Shown: piece by piece, positions 1 to 8,564 of the stretch
How the letters are laid out: each line of letters begins with the position of its first letter
Position numbering within the stretch: the first letter of the stretch is position 1
UHGV virus genome: UHGV-0220583
From: a virus
Length of the DNA stretch: 21,213 nt
Reading direction: 5' to 3' (one strand)
Notes under the pieces: generated by a model
Seen by the model: only the letters and a program-made list of their open reading frames with translations
The model's database searches: none
What the model was told of the DNA's origin: nothing
Position numbers and translations under genes: made by a program

Positions 1-788
1 ATCACCGCATTGACGCTTACAAATATGGCGAAAGACTGGCTGTTGGTGTATACGACACCGAGATTTCTAGATTTCATTCCGCATTTACCAAACAACCCTT
101 TCATATCTGAATAGTTTTGAGATACGGCCAAAGATGACGCAGCGACACCAGATTCCGTCGATGTTCTGGAATCAGATACGCGGATAATTCCCTTGTTTGT
201 TGGGGTCGCATCATTGGTCTTGCCTTGCAGCGCCTGTATGTCCGTATAGTTTTGCGCAACCGAGTTAGCTGTGGCCGCAATATCCTCTGCACCCGATACC
301 CGCGATGACGTAAGCCGGACTAAACCCACCTGTGTTGTTGAGGCCTCTTTAATACCAAGGTATGTGAGAATGTCAGCAATAGTGCTTTTACCAATAATGT
401 CGCGGCCGACAGAAGTTAAATCAGTCTGCGCTGCTGTATCATTTCCAGTGAAATACGGGAGTTTATTTTCACCGGTTGCCAGCCCTGCCAATGCCGTCAG
501 CGTGGCATCAAGTGCCTGGAAATCCTTCCCAAAAGCGGTTCCCATTTTGGAGATAAAGCCGTTCAGGTCACCATCATCAAGCACGTCCAGCCCACTTTTG
601 TTGGCTGTGTACTGCGCAAGCGCTGCCGCAATAAAGCTGGCCTGTCGAATGGCTTTGTTTACCTGCGCACTGGATGCTTTTCCTGCCATGAAACCAGAGA
701 GTAGAGCCGGAAGCGCTTCCCAGTCAGCCTGGGCCGTCACGTTAGCATTTGCCGCTGTCGCGAACGGTTTAAAGTTGTTTGTTGCCAT
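1..788 (-). CDS. tail fibre protein, N-terminal part (gene continues beyond window start)
   Basis: Hand translation of the minus strand from ATG at 788..786 (overlapping the TAA of the upstream gene as TAATG) is open to position 1: MATNNFKPFATAANANVTAQADWEALPALLSGFMAGKASSAQVNK... It is absent from the ORF track only because it has no stop in the window. Last gene of the baseplate cluster; contains short fibre-like motifs (ATPTNKGIIRVSDS, STESGVAASSLA). Confidence 0.6.
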   Translation of the reverse strand, partial: MATNNFKPFATAANANVTAQADWEALPALLSGFMAGKASSAQVNKAIRQASFIAAALAQYTANKSGLDVLDDGDLNGFISKMGTAFGKDFQALDATLTALAGLATGENKLPYFTGNDTAAQTDLTSVGRDIIGKSTIADILTYLGIKEASTTQVGLVRLTSSRVSGAEDIAATANSVAQNYTDIQALQGKTNDATPTNKGIIRVSDSRTSTESGVAASSLAVSQNYSDMKGLFGKCGMKSRNLGVVYTNSQSFAIFVSVNAV

Positions 789-1468
789 TAGAGTATTGTC
801 CCCCATGCTCCAACATCGAACCCACCGATGTATTCGTTATCCATATCAAACCCAAAGAATTTAGAGCCCTCGGATGGTGCTTCTACCGAAGGCGTTTCAA
901 CATCACCGGCCCATACGCCAGCTGCTTTAACGGTGAGATAGCCCTGTTTGATAGCGGCAATCAGTTCAAGAGACACATCAGAAATATCAGTTTCAGGGAA
1001 AACCCAGACCGAAATCGTCATGTCCTGGTTGTCGACGATCTGCATCCTCAGGCCTGAGCCTGCGGTAGCAGCGTCAAGGATGGGAGGCAGAGAGTCGTTC
1101 CGACCATCCCAGTTGTTGATAGCGATTTTCGCTTTCAGAATGATGCGGTACGTCTCATCACTCAGCGTCGTATAGCCAGAATCAGGATCATATGGCCCTT
1201 GCCAGATGCCCTGGTCATATCCGAGCCCGTCAGTGTCCCAGCTGAAATAAACGCCGCTAATTGGCTGGCTGACTATACGACTACGCCCAATCCACAGGCC
1301 GAGGATATCGAGTTGCACGCCAACCGCCGTATCGATATCGAAGGCTGTTACAAACCCTGACATAGTGCTGGACACATCAATCAGCGGGCGGGTGCTCAGA
1401 TCTATATGGTCAAAAAAGAGTGGCTTGGTAGCGTGGTAGTTAGTGATCAGTTCGGTGTATTTGCTCAT
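788..1468 (-). CDS. baseplate wedge / fibre-attachment protein (Mu gp48 / P2 gpI-like position)
   Basis: 226 aa ORF directly between the J-like gene and the tail fibre, with 4-nt start/stop overlaps on both sides. Assignment by synteny only. Confidence 0.45.
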   Translation of the reverse strand: MSKYTELITNYHATKPLFFDHIDLSTRPLIDVSSTMSGFVTAFDIDTAVGVQLDILGLWIGRSRIVSQPISGVYFSWDTDGLGYDQGIWQGPYDPDSGYTTLSDETYRIILKAKIAINNWDGRNDSLPPILDAATAGSGLRMQIVDNQDMTISVWVFPETDISDVSLELIAAIKQGYLTVKAAGVWAGDVETPSVEAPSEGSKFFGFDMDNEYIGGFDVGAWGTIL

Positions 1469-2664
1469 GAGGTCACCGTGATTGTGATATTCGCGGTGCT
1501 ACAGGACGCCGAAGCATCATAGGCAATATCAATATTTGATGCCGATACGCTGCCAGACGACTTACCGATCAGCAGTTCGGTAATGTCGTAATATCGGGCA
1601 TTACCGCCGCTCACAACACCAAGGTTTGCCGGGGAATAAATACGGCTCAGCAGAACGTCGTCGCCAATTGTCAGGCCGTTAATATAGTCGGCAACAGCCT
1701 GTTTGATCTGCTCGCCGATTTGAGAGGTATACCCGGTAAAAACTTTCAGGGTAATGGCTACGAAAATTGGCACATCGGTAGAGCGTGAAAAACTGATGAC
1801 GTGAGGATTACCGTAAGTATCCGGCACCGTGACAGAAGTTGTCCCGTAGGTTGCCGTTCCCTGTCCTTTATTCCCCCTGATGGTCTGGGCTATTTCGGTA
1901 ACATCTCCACCATCGACGATGGCGGAAATTGAGTGCGGCGGCAGCCCGTTGCTGTCTGTTGTTCCCGTGTCGTTCTCATACAGCTTGTGACGTGTCACGC
2001 CAGCAACGTTAGCTATTGCACCGTCGACACTTTCAAACGGTGTGATCGATGGTAGCGCGACGCTTTGCCCTTGCCGAATGCGCAGCTCTGCGTCGGTTTC
2101 GGCTGGTGAACCGACAGTAGCCGCTGCTGGGTTGGTTACCGACACCCAGCCGCGAGTCGGTGTGTTAATGGTGGTGATAGTTCCGGCCATCGCCGCAACC
2201 GAACCGCTATTCGCACATGTGGCCGTCACCAGCACAGTACCATCAACCCCGATTGCTACACTCGCGGGAAAATTCCAGATAATGCCGTTTTTATCCCGTG
2301 CGGAGCCATTCGTGATAGTCGTGCCCGCCGTACCGGTTAACAGAAGGTCAGCAGTAGAGTTTGTCGCTACTTTTCGCGTGATCCCGTTAATTTTCACATT
2401 GCTGCTAAGCGCTGCGGACTGCGCTGTCGTCGGTGAAAACGAGTTGTAGATCTCGATAGCGGTATTGTTAGCATCATGCACAGCCAGAGCCACCAGCGCG
2501 ACCATTTGCCCATCTTTGCTGTCTGGTTCGAGGTAGGCATCACTACCGTAAATCTGCCTGAAATAGCTGGTCAGTGTATCGAGGATTGTCTGGTAATCAG
2601 GCGCACTAATCCCATGGGCGGTTACCGTTGCCGATAGCCCCAGCGTGTCGAGGTTCAAAGCCAT
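1465..2664 (-). CDS. baseplate J-like protein (Mu gp47 / P2 gpJ / T4 gp6-like)
   Basis: 399 aa ORF in the canonical position after the gp25/W-like gene; size and Gly/Thr/Ser-rich composition typical of baseplate J proteins. Confidence 0.55.
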   Translation of the reverse strand: MALNLDTLGLSATVTAHGISAPDYQTILDTLTSYFRQIYGSDAYLEPDSKDGQMVALVALAVHDANNTAIEIYNSFSPTTAQSAALSSNVKINGITRKVATNSTADLLLTGTAGTTITNGSARDKNGIIWNFPASVAIGVDGTVLVTATCANSGSVAAMAGTITTINTPTRGWVSVTNPAAATVGSPAETDAELRIRQGQSVALPSITPFESVDGAIANVAGVTRHKLYENDTGTTDSNGLPPHSISAIVDGGDVTEIAQTIRGNKGQGTATYGTTSVTVPDTYGNPHVISFSRSTDVPIFVAITLKVFTGYTSQIGEQIKQAVADYINGLTIGDDVLLSRIYSPANLGVVSGGNARYYDITELLIGKSSGSVSASNIDIAYDASASCSTANITITVTS

Positions 2665-3018
2665 TTATGCCTCGCTTGTTACAGTCGTCTGGCCGTAGAT
2701 TGTGTCAATGGAGGAAGTGAAAGTGACGCGGCGGCTGGTGCCGTCATAATTGGTATCGAAGGAAAGAATCGACAGAACGCCCGGCGTGTCCTGTATGCGT
2801 TCGCGTATAGCCAGGATGTAGACGTCTGATCGCTGTTTCCCAAGCACTGACTGAACATACGGCGTGCCTTCCGTCAGATCGAGAAACCACTGACCGCGCC
2901 AGAGCTCGAAACGGGTTTTTACGGCCTGGGCGACACATTCCGGACTGTCGATAAGGAAGGTGTCGTCACCTTGCCCGAAAGTGTAATCGCCGTCAGCATC
3001 TTCTCGTCGGTATCGCAT
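2665..3018 (-). CDS. baseplate wedge protein, gp25/GPW-like
   Basis: 117 aa ORF immediately downstream of the spike gene and abutting the J-like gene; size and position match T4 gp25 / P2 gpW / Mu gp46. Confidence 0.5.
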   Translation of the reverse strand: MRYRREDADGDYTFGQGDDTFLIDSPECVAQAVKTRFELWRGQWFLDLTEGTPYVQSVLGKQRSDVYILAIRERIQDTPGVLSILSFDTNYDGTSRRVTFTSSIDTIYGQTTVTSEA

Positions 3019-3758
3019 TATTGCGGCCCTCCAGTAGTTCCCCCGCCTGTCTGAACTCCGCCATGTTTATGCGTGGCGACACTTATACCTGAAGCTGTCA
3101 CATCATTCGTTACCGTAACCGGCCCAAGCATCGTCGCAGTACCACCACTTTCTCCCATTCCCTGAGACAGATTGCCATTAATCGTTACGTTGCCGTTCAG
3201 CGTGATAGTCGGGGATGTGATTGTCGTTCCACCTTCAGCCGTAGCCGTGAGCTGGCCCGGCGTTTTAATGGTGATGTTATGTCCTGCGGCGACCTCTACG
3301 AACGCCGCGCCATCATCGGTTCGCAGCTGCGCGGCGCTAGTACTGATACCGCTGATTTTCTGTGCTTGCGACTGCGGGCCAACGATGGCGAACGCATCAG
3401 ACAAGTCATGCTGGCGCGGGTCGACGGTCTCCTGAACGCCGCCGCTCTGCCACCAGAAATCTATGCATCGGTCAGCAAAGATCAGCAGGCACTCGTCGCC
3501 TTCTTTAACCGGAAAGGTCAGCGTGCAGCCGCCGCCGCGCGGGAAGATGACAGGAACATCCACCAGCGGTTTTAATTCGGTGGAGCCATCGCCAACAATA
3601 CCGCGAAGCGCCACCTCTACTGTGCAGGTAACAGTGTCAGGATCGAACGACTGAATGATGCCTGGCATCGCCACGCGCATCTGGGTAGACACCGAATCGG
3701 CAATGGCCTGCGCGGTCTGCTGCTCACCGCCGATCTGTGATTGAGTTGGAATTGGCAT
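3018..3758 (-). CDS. baseplate central spike protein (Mu gp45 / P2 gpV-like)
   Basis: ORF-track ORF 3018..3803 starts at TTG and reads through a terminator hairpin; the in-frame ATG at 3758 (MPIPTQSQIGGEQ...) with GGGG 5 nt upstream is the more plausible start. Gly/Thr-rich C-terminus ending ...SVATHKHGGVQTGGGTTGGPQ resembles the His-containing apex of spike proteins. Confidence 0.6.
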   Translation of the reverse strand: MPIPTQSQIGGEQQTAQAIADSVSTQMRVAMPGIIQSFDPDTVTCTVEVALRGIVGDGSTELKPLVDVPVIFPRGGGCTLTFPVKEGDECLLIFADRCIDFWWQSGGVQETVDPRQHDLSDAFAIVGPQSQAQKISGISTSAAQLRTDDGAAFVEVAAGHNITIKTPGQLTATAEGGTTITSPTITLNGNVTINGNLSQGMGESGGTATMLGPVTVTNDVTASGISVATHKHGGVQTGGGTTGGPQ

Positions 3759-3768
3759 AAAAACCCCA

Positions 3769-3794
3769 TAAAAAAACCCGCTCAGCGGCGGGTT
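3769..3794 (-). terminator. rho-independent terminator downstream of the lipoprotein gene
   Basis: Minus-strand RNA would read AACCCGC-CGCUGA-GCGGGUU followed by UUUUU (7-bp GC-rich stem, 6-nt loop, 7 U in a row including the stem base). Lies about 30 nt after the lipoprotein stop at 3824. Confidence 0.65.
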
Positions 3795-3823
3795 AGGATT
3801 CAATAAAATTTTTGAATAATATT

Positions 3824-4546
3824 TTATAACAACCCCATTTTTCTGGCTGCGTCAATGTTGTAAACATCACCATTACCACTACAAGGGGCGGCTACCGTAA
3901 CCATTTCCACATACCCCTTATTACCTTTCTGCTGGCATAAACTCGCGTGCATTTTCGCAAGCCTTGCTGCATGCTCAAAATCTATAAAACTATCAAACGA
4001 AGCTTCGCTTAAAGCTGTATATTTTGTTTTATCAGGAATGTTATGCGATTTTAATACACTGGAAAAATCATTCAAAGCTTTCGACAAGCTAGATATACAA
4101 AGGTTTTTATAATTTGCATTATCATATGCCGAAGCTCTTTTACATTCGTCAGCATAACCAGCAATGGCTATTTGGATGCGTCTCATCGTTAAATGATAGC
4201 CACCAACATTTACATAAACATTATCCATATTTTGAGAATTTGGATAGCGAGTAACAAAACCTAAATTGTTAATAGCTCGATTTAGTTCGTTTTCGGTTGA
4301 ATTTGCAGAATTAACATTTAACTTATCAACCTCTACTTCAGGGTGTGAAGCCTCAAACTTTTCAGCATCTTCTTTTTGTTTTTTCACTCTGTTTTTTTGA
4401 TTTTCATCAACTTGCTTTTCATATTCAACTTTTTCTCTCTCTTTTTGTGCCAGCCAGTCCCTTTGTGCGTTAACACCATTAGGGTCCCAACTGCATGAAG
4501 TCAAAAACACTGAGAAAAATATTGGAGTTATTGCAAGCATATTCAT
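3824..4546 (-). CDS. lipoprotein of unknown function, AT-rich moron
   Basis: ORF-track ORF 3824..4612 begins at TTG inside the upstream gene; the in-frame ATG at 4546 gives MNMLAITPIFFSVFLTSC with a lipobox (L-T-S-C). The gene is visibly AT-rich (roughly 35-40% GC by eye) against a GC-rich background, Lys/Glu/Asn-rich, and followed by its own terminator. Confidence 0.6.
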   Translation of the reverse strand: MNMLAITPIFFSVFLTSCSWDPNGVNAQRDWLAQKEREKVEYEKQVDENQKNRVKKQKEDAEKFEASHPEVEVDKLNVNSANSTENELNRAINNLGFVTRYPNSQNMDNVYVNVGGYHLTMRRIQIAIAGYADECKRASAYDNANYKNLCISSLSKALNDFSSVLKSHNIPDKTKYTALSEASFDSFIDFEHAARLAKMHASLCQQKGNKGYVEMVTVAAPCSGNGDVYNIDAARKMGLL

Positions 4547-4553
4547 CAGAAAT

Positions 4554-5618
4554 TCATCCTGCGGTTTTGTTAATGGACGCTCCTGATTGCAAATCACGCG
4601 CCCCTCTCGCAAAGCACATTAAATCCATGTACCACGCCTGACCTCTGGTGTCACCAGTATAATCGATAGCTTTGACGATATAAACGCCATCCGTCGCAAT
4701 GCTGGCAGCCTGTGACGTTGTGCCGGTCAGAACGCGGTTGCCGTTCTCTTCTGTTTCGGTGATACGCCCGGGCGACTGAGCGATTTCGCTATTGCCGAGC
4801 GCAGCGCGGTACACCGAAGCCTGATCGAGCTGGATAAGACCATTAATACGGATGTTTGGGTTTATCAGGCACCGCACGTTTACTCCGCCGCCCATCGTTT
4901 GTTGCGGCATACCGATCAGGCCAGTATCGGCATTCAACACAATGGCTTCGTGAATATATTTATCCTCCGGCACCATCTGGACCTGACCATCCACCAGCTG
5001 CCATGTCGCTTTGCACTGCGCAGCAATATTATCCATCACGTTACGGGTGGATGAATAAATCGCACGGCCACGAGGAAACACGGTATCAGGAAAGTCACCG
5101 GTAATGCCCTGCGTCACGCCGAACGCGTTGAAATCCTGCATAGTCGCCCGGTGCAGGTCCGCAACGGTATAACCAGCGGCAAGCGTGGTGATGGTAGTCG
5201 CGTAGAGGAACGCTTCGTGGTTACTGATGGCCTGAATCAGCACCCAGGAATCGGTGATGTTGTCCTTCCCGGTGACGGTGAAGCGAATATCACCGTCAAA
5301 TATCAGGCCGTAGTTCTGACCGTTCACCTGCCCTACCTGGTCTGGTGAAATCTCCCGGGCGACACCAACCTGGCTCGCATCAACATCCGGCGCAATACCG
5401 TCATACCCGGCAATGATGCGAATTTTTGCAAACTCCTGCCCCAGTATCTTGTTCGTGGTATCGGTCGAAAGGTTGTAAATTTTCACGTTCGCCACTCGCG
5501 GCCAGCGTGTATCTGCCCACTCGATCTGGAACGTGACCTTAAAATCAGACAGGGAAACGCCCTGCCAGTTCTGGTCCAACAGTTGCAGCTCAAAATGGCG
5601 CATCCAGTTAAGAGACAT
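4554..5618 (-). CDS. putative baseplate hub protein
   Basis: 354 aa ORF upstream of the spike gene and downstream of the tape measure and two small tail genes; assigned by position and size only. Confidence 0.4.
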   Translation of the reverse strand: MSLNWMRHFELQLLDQNWQGVSLSDFKVTFQIEWADTRWPRVANVKIYNLSTDTTNKILGQEFAKIRIIAGYDGIAPDVDASQVGVAREISPDQVGQVNGQNYGLIFDGDIRFTVTGKDNITDSWVLIQAISNHEAFLYATTITTLAAGYTVADLHRATMQDFNAFGVTQGITGDFPDTVFPRGRAIYSSTRNVMDNIAAQCKATWQLVDGQVQMVPEDKYIHEAIVLNADTGLIGMPQQTMGGGVNVRCLINPNIRINGLIQLDQASVYRAALGNSEIAQSPGRITETEENGNRVLTGTTSQAASIATDGVYIVKAIDYTGDTRGQAWYMDLMCFARGARDLQSGASINKTAG

Positions 5619-5620
5619 TT

Positions 5621-5926
5621 CTACTCCTGTACGAAAATGAGGTGGCTGTATGTGCCGAGGTTGGTTTTGGTGGGCTCGTCTGGTGCGCCAATATCGCAGC
5701 CAACGAGTAGCGCTCCGTTAATGCCTAGCTGAGGATATTGCTCAAGAAGATTTACACCAGTGACCAGTGGCACGCCACAAAGAAGCGGGTTTCCGCCACT
5801 ATCTTGCACATCCATAATCCAGCCAGCAGAATCACGCCAAATAACCCTTAGCGTATATGTTATCTCTGCTAACTGTATACGAAATAGCTGATTATCCGGT
5901 GACAGAGGGATTTCAGTTACATTCAT
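5621..5926 (-). CDS. tail/baseplate protein, unassigned
   Basis: 101 aa ORF, ATGA overlap with the upstream gene (start 5926, upstream stop 5923..5925), tightly packed in the tail module. Confidence 0.4.
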   Translation of the reverse strand: MNVTEIPLSPDNQLFRIQLAEITYTLRVIWRDSAGWIMDVQDSGGNPLLCGVPLVTGVNLLEQYPQLGINGALLVGCDIGAPDEPTKTNLGTYSHLIFVQE

Positions 5927-6549
5927 TGGACACCTATAGCGTTACCAATACTGGTTCCTTTTAGCCCATCAAACCAACCCGATGACTTAATTACCGATTC
6001 ATTTACTGGGGTTGCAGATTTCGTCCCGGAATTCTGGACCGCCGATGTGCTGACGCCATCCTGCATATCGGATTTATCAGCGACAGTGGCATTTTTTGTC
6101 TGCGTTATGATGACCTCACGCAGGGTTAGTGTGCAGTTCAGAACGTTCTCGCTGGTTTTGTCCGTTGTCACCTCGATGGCTCGCACCAGCATATTGCTGT
6201 ACACCCGCTTTCCGGTCACCACATCGAACGGCACCCGAGAGGACTGGAGATCCAGCAGTTGCTGATAGGTCTCTTTCGGGCTTAGTCCGGCGCTGAGGCC
6301 GATTGAAGATGTATCAATGAAGTCCAGCAACGAACCGCCACCAGCGAAGCCGCATTCCATTGTGACTTCGCTGGGGCGCTTATACGCATGATCGGCGATG
6401 AAGCCCGAAGCGCTATTCGTTGTTGGATTCTCCACCGGGTGCTCAGTAATTTCGAGCGCATCAGAATGCTTTTCGGAGACGACCACGCTGGGGATCAGCA
6501 GGCCAATTCGCCGGGATTGCTGGCGAAAAATCGCTGATAAAATATCCAT
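5923..6549 (-). CDS. tail protein immediately downstream of the tape measure, unassigned
   Basis: 208 aa ORF whose start overlaps the tape measure stop; assigned by position only. Confidence 0.4.
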   Translation of the reverse strand: MDILSAIFRQQSRRIGLLIPSVVVSEKHSDALEITEHPVENPTTNSASGFIADHAYKRPSEVTMECGFAGGGSLLDFIDTSSIGLSAGLSPKETYQQLLDLQSSRVPFDVVTGKRVYSNMLVRAIEVTTDKTSENVLNCTLTLREVIITQTKNATVADKSDMQDGVSTSAVQNSGTKSATPVNESVIKSSGWFDGLKGTSIGNAIGVQ

Positions 6550-8564
6550 TATCTCGGTCCTGCGGGGAGTTGCTGGGTTAACTGTGAATTCACGCCCTTT
6601 TGACGGTCAACAGTCAAACGGGCAGCTTCGCGAGGATCGGAAACGCCGTGGATGTTAATGTTCGTTTCCTGCTGAATCACCGGGGCGCTGGTGGGCATAT
6701 TGCTCATTACTTTCGGAATGTAGTTGCGCGTTTCCTGCGGCATTAGCCCCATTCCATAGCGCTTAACATTCCCGATCCCCCAGTTATATGATGCCAGTGC
6801 TTTGCTAAGGTCTCCGCCGTTCTGCCGCAACAGCTGGCTGAGGTACTTAGCTGCGGCCTGAGCTGACTTTTGCGGGTCGAATACATCGTTTCCGCGAAGG
6901 CCCATGTCTCGCGCCGTGCCATCCATGAACTGGAACAGACCTTTAGCGCCAGCGCCTGAAACGGCGAACTGATTACCGCCAGATTCCGTTATGGCCACAC
7001 TGCGCAATAACCCCTCCGGAAGCCGGTAGAGCTGTTCCAGGTTGGTAAGCATCGGCTGCATCCATCCCAGCAGTTCAGAGCCTGCTTTGGTTGGCTGTGG
7101 CCGCTTAACTGACTGGCCGAGCTGTTCAGGCTCATCATCACCGAACCAGCCGCGCACCGTTCGGCCCACGCTGCGAGGATCGAATCCCCAGTGCTCTTTA
7201 ATCCAGTCGGCTGTACCGTTGGCGCTGTCTGTTACCATCGGCATCGCTGACGGATTTTCGCTGCCCTGATTTAGCAGCTGTTTGCCTATACTAGCGGCCT
7301 GCGCCCAGTTGCCATCTTTTATGGCATTCAGCAAATCAGCGATCATGTTCAGCATCTTGCCGAACTCACCCATTTGCGAAATGAAGTTGCTAAAATCCCA
7401 CTTTAGGGACCATGACTTGGGGTCAATACCGAGCAACTTAGCCAGCGCTTTTGTCAGGTCCGTAACAGTCTTTTTCAGGTCACCAATCATTTTGACGGCC
7501 TGATCAATTTCAGTCTTCCATTTCCCCCAGTCAATCAGGCTTTTGCCACCTTCTTTCCACGTCTGGTAATCATCCAAGAGCAGACCAAGTGCAATAATAA
7601 GCGTCGTTATCATGCCCAAGGGTGATGACATGAAAGCGGTATTTAGCAGCCGCCATGCAACCAACAGCCCACTGAACAATGCGATAAGCTGCTGCGTGGC
7701 TGGGTTCAGCTTTTTGAACCAGGCGATCACACCCTCAACAGCTTGCCCAGTTCGCCATAACACGCGGGTAATCGCGTCACCTGCCCAGAGAATTCCTTTG
7801 ATGATCTTCGTGATGACCGCTTCAATCTTCGGCCAGTTGTCGAGTATCTGCCTGCGGAAGTTATCAATACTGCCAGCAAGGCCACCAGCTAGGTTAGAGC
7901 CAATCTTGTCTTTCGCCTGTCCAAGCGTCATCGTCAGATTACGCATGGAGGTCATGAAAATATTGGACTGTTTAGCCGCTGACTCAGCATTAAAACCAAT
8001 ACGCTTTGCCGTCAACGCGTACTCAGAACTGAGCTGCCCCATCCCTCTGCGCATCGCCATCAGCGTGTTTTCATCGATGCCAAGCATCTGCGCGTATTGT
8101 TTCGCGCGGTAATACGGCATGTTGTTGAGCTTTTGCCCAACGCCAGTAAAGATGGCCGCAGTATCACGCATCTTTCCGCTGGCATCGCGGGTCTGTACGC
8201 CCAGACGGTTCAGGAACCCTTCCGCCCCCGGATTGCTACGCATGAAACCAGCCAACCCTTCAAGAGAGGACATGGCCGACTCGGCGCTGGCACCGGTTTG
8301 CGATGCGGCATAGCCCAGCGCTTTGATGCCCTGGACGCTGGCCCCCGTCCGCTGGGATGCCCAGTAAATTTTATCCAGACCATTCGCGATCTGGGTGGTA
8401 AATCCGACAATGCTAAGCGCTGAGCCTTTCACCACCGCGCCGACCTTCAGAACGTTCGCGGTAACGCCTTTCAGCACGGCTTCAAACTTATTAGCGCCAG
8501 CCTGATCGATATCGAATCCCAGCGAAACAAGGAAATCTTTAATCGTATCTGCGTTACCGCTCAT
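6549..8564 (-). CDS. tail tape measure protein with C-terminal lytic transglycosylase (SLT) domain
   Basis: 671 aa ORF after the sheath-tube-chaperone set. Start has GGAGA 7 nt upstream. Hydrophobic segments at roughly aa 290-330. Around aa 515-605 it carries family-1 lytic transglycosylase motifs: AITESGGN, GLFQF, SYNWG. Confidence 0.8.
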   Translation of the reverse strand: MSGNADTIKDFLVSLGFDIDQAGANKFEAVLKGVTANVLKVGAVVKGSALSIVGFTTQIANGLDKIYWASQRTGASVQGIKALGYAASQTGASAESAMSSLEGLAGFMRSNPGAEGFLNRLGVQTRDASGKMRDTAAIFTGVGQKLNNMPYYRAKQYAQMLGIDENTLMAMRRGMGQLSSEYALTAKRIGFNAESAAKQSNIFMTSMRNLTMTLGQAKDKIGSNLAGGLAGSIDNFRRQILDNWPKIEAVITKIIKGILWAGDAITRVLWRTGQAVEGVIAWFKKLNPATQQLIALFSGLLVAWRLLNTAFMSSPLGMITTLIIALGLLLDDYQTWKEGGKSLIDWGKWKTEIDQAVKMIGDLKKTVTDLTKALAKLLGIDPKSWSLKWDFSNFISQMGEFGKMLNMIADLLNAIKDGNWAQAASIGKQLLNQGSENPSAMPMVTDSANGTADWIKEHWGFDPRSVGRTVRGWFGDDEPEQLGQSVKRPQPTKAGSELLGWMQPMLTNLEQLYRLPEGLLRSVAITESGGNQFAVSGAGAKGLFQFMDGTARDMGLRGNDVFDPQKSAQAAAKYLSQLLRQNGGDLSKALASYNWGIGNVKRYGMGLMPQETRNYIPKVMSNMPTSAPVIQQETNINIHGVSDPREAARLTVDRQKGVNSQLTQQLPAGPR

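Noticed and set aside
3767-3769. ATG inside the terminator U-tract opening a ~50-codon frame
   Set aside because: Out of frame with the spike, gives a Cys/Arg-rich low-complexity translation, and sits within the terminator.
3759-3803. N-terminal extension of the spike ORF (track start 3803, MNPNPPLSGFFYGVF)
   Set aside because: Starts at TTG and is translated straight through the terminator hairpin and U-tract; the in-frame ATG at 3758 with an adjacent SD is more plausible.
4547-4612. N-terminal extension of the lipoprotein ORF (track start 4612, MREGRVICNQERPLTKPQDEF)
   Set aside because: Starts at TTG 59 nt inside the GC-rich hub gene; the AT-rich composition and the signal peptide both begin at the ATG at 4546.
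4560-4680. Candidate sigma70 promoter for the lipoprotein moron within the 3' end of the hub gene
   Set aside because: Only poor hexamers (TTGCAA, TATACT) with wrong spacing were found by eye; not enough to call a promoter.
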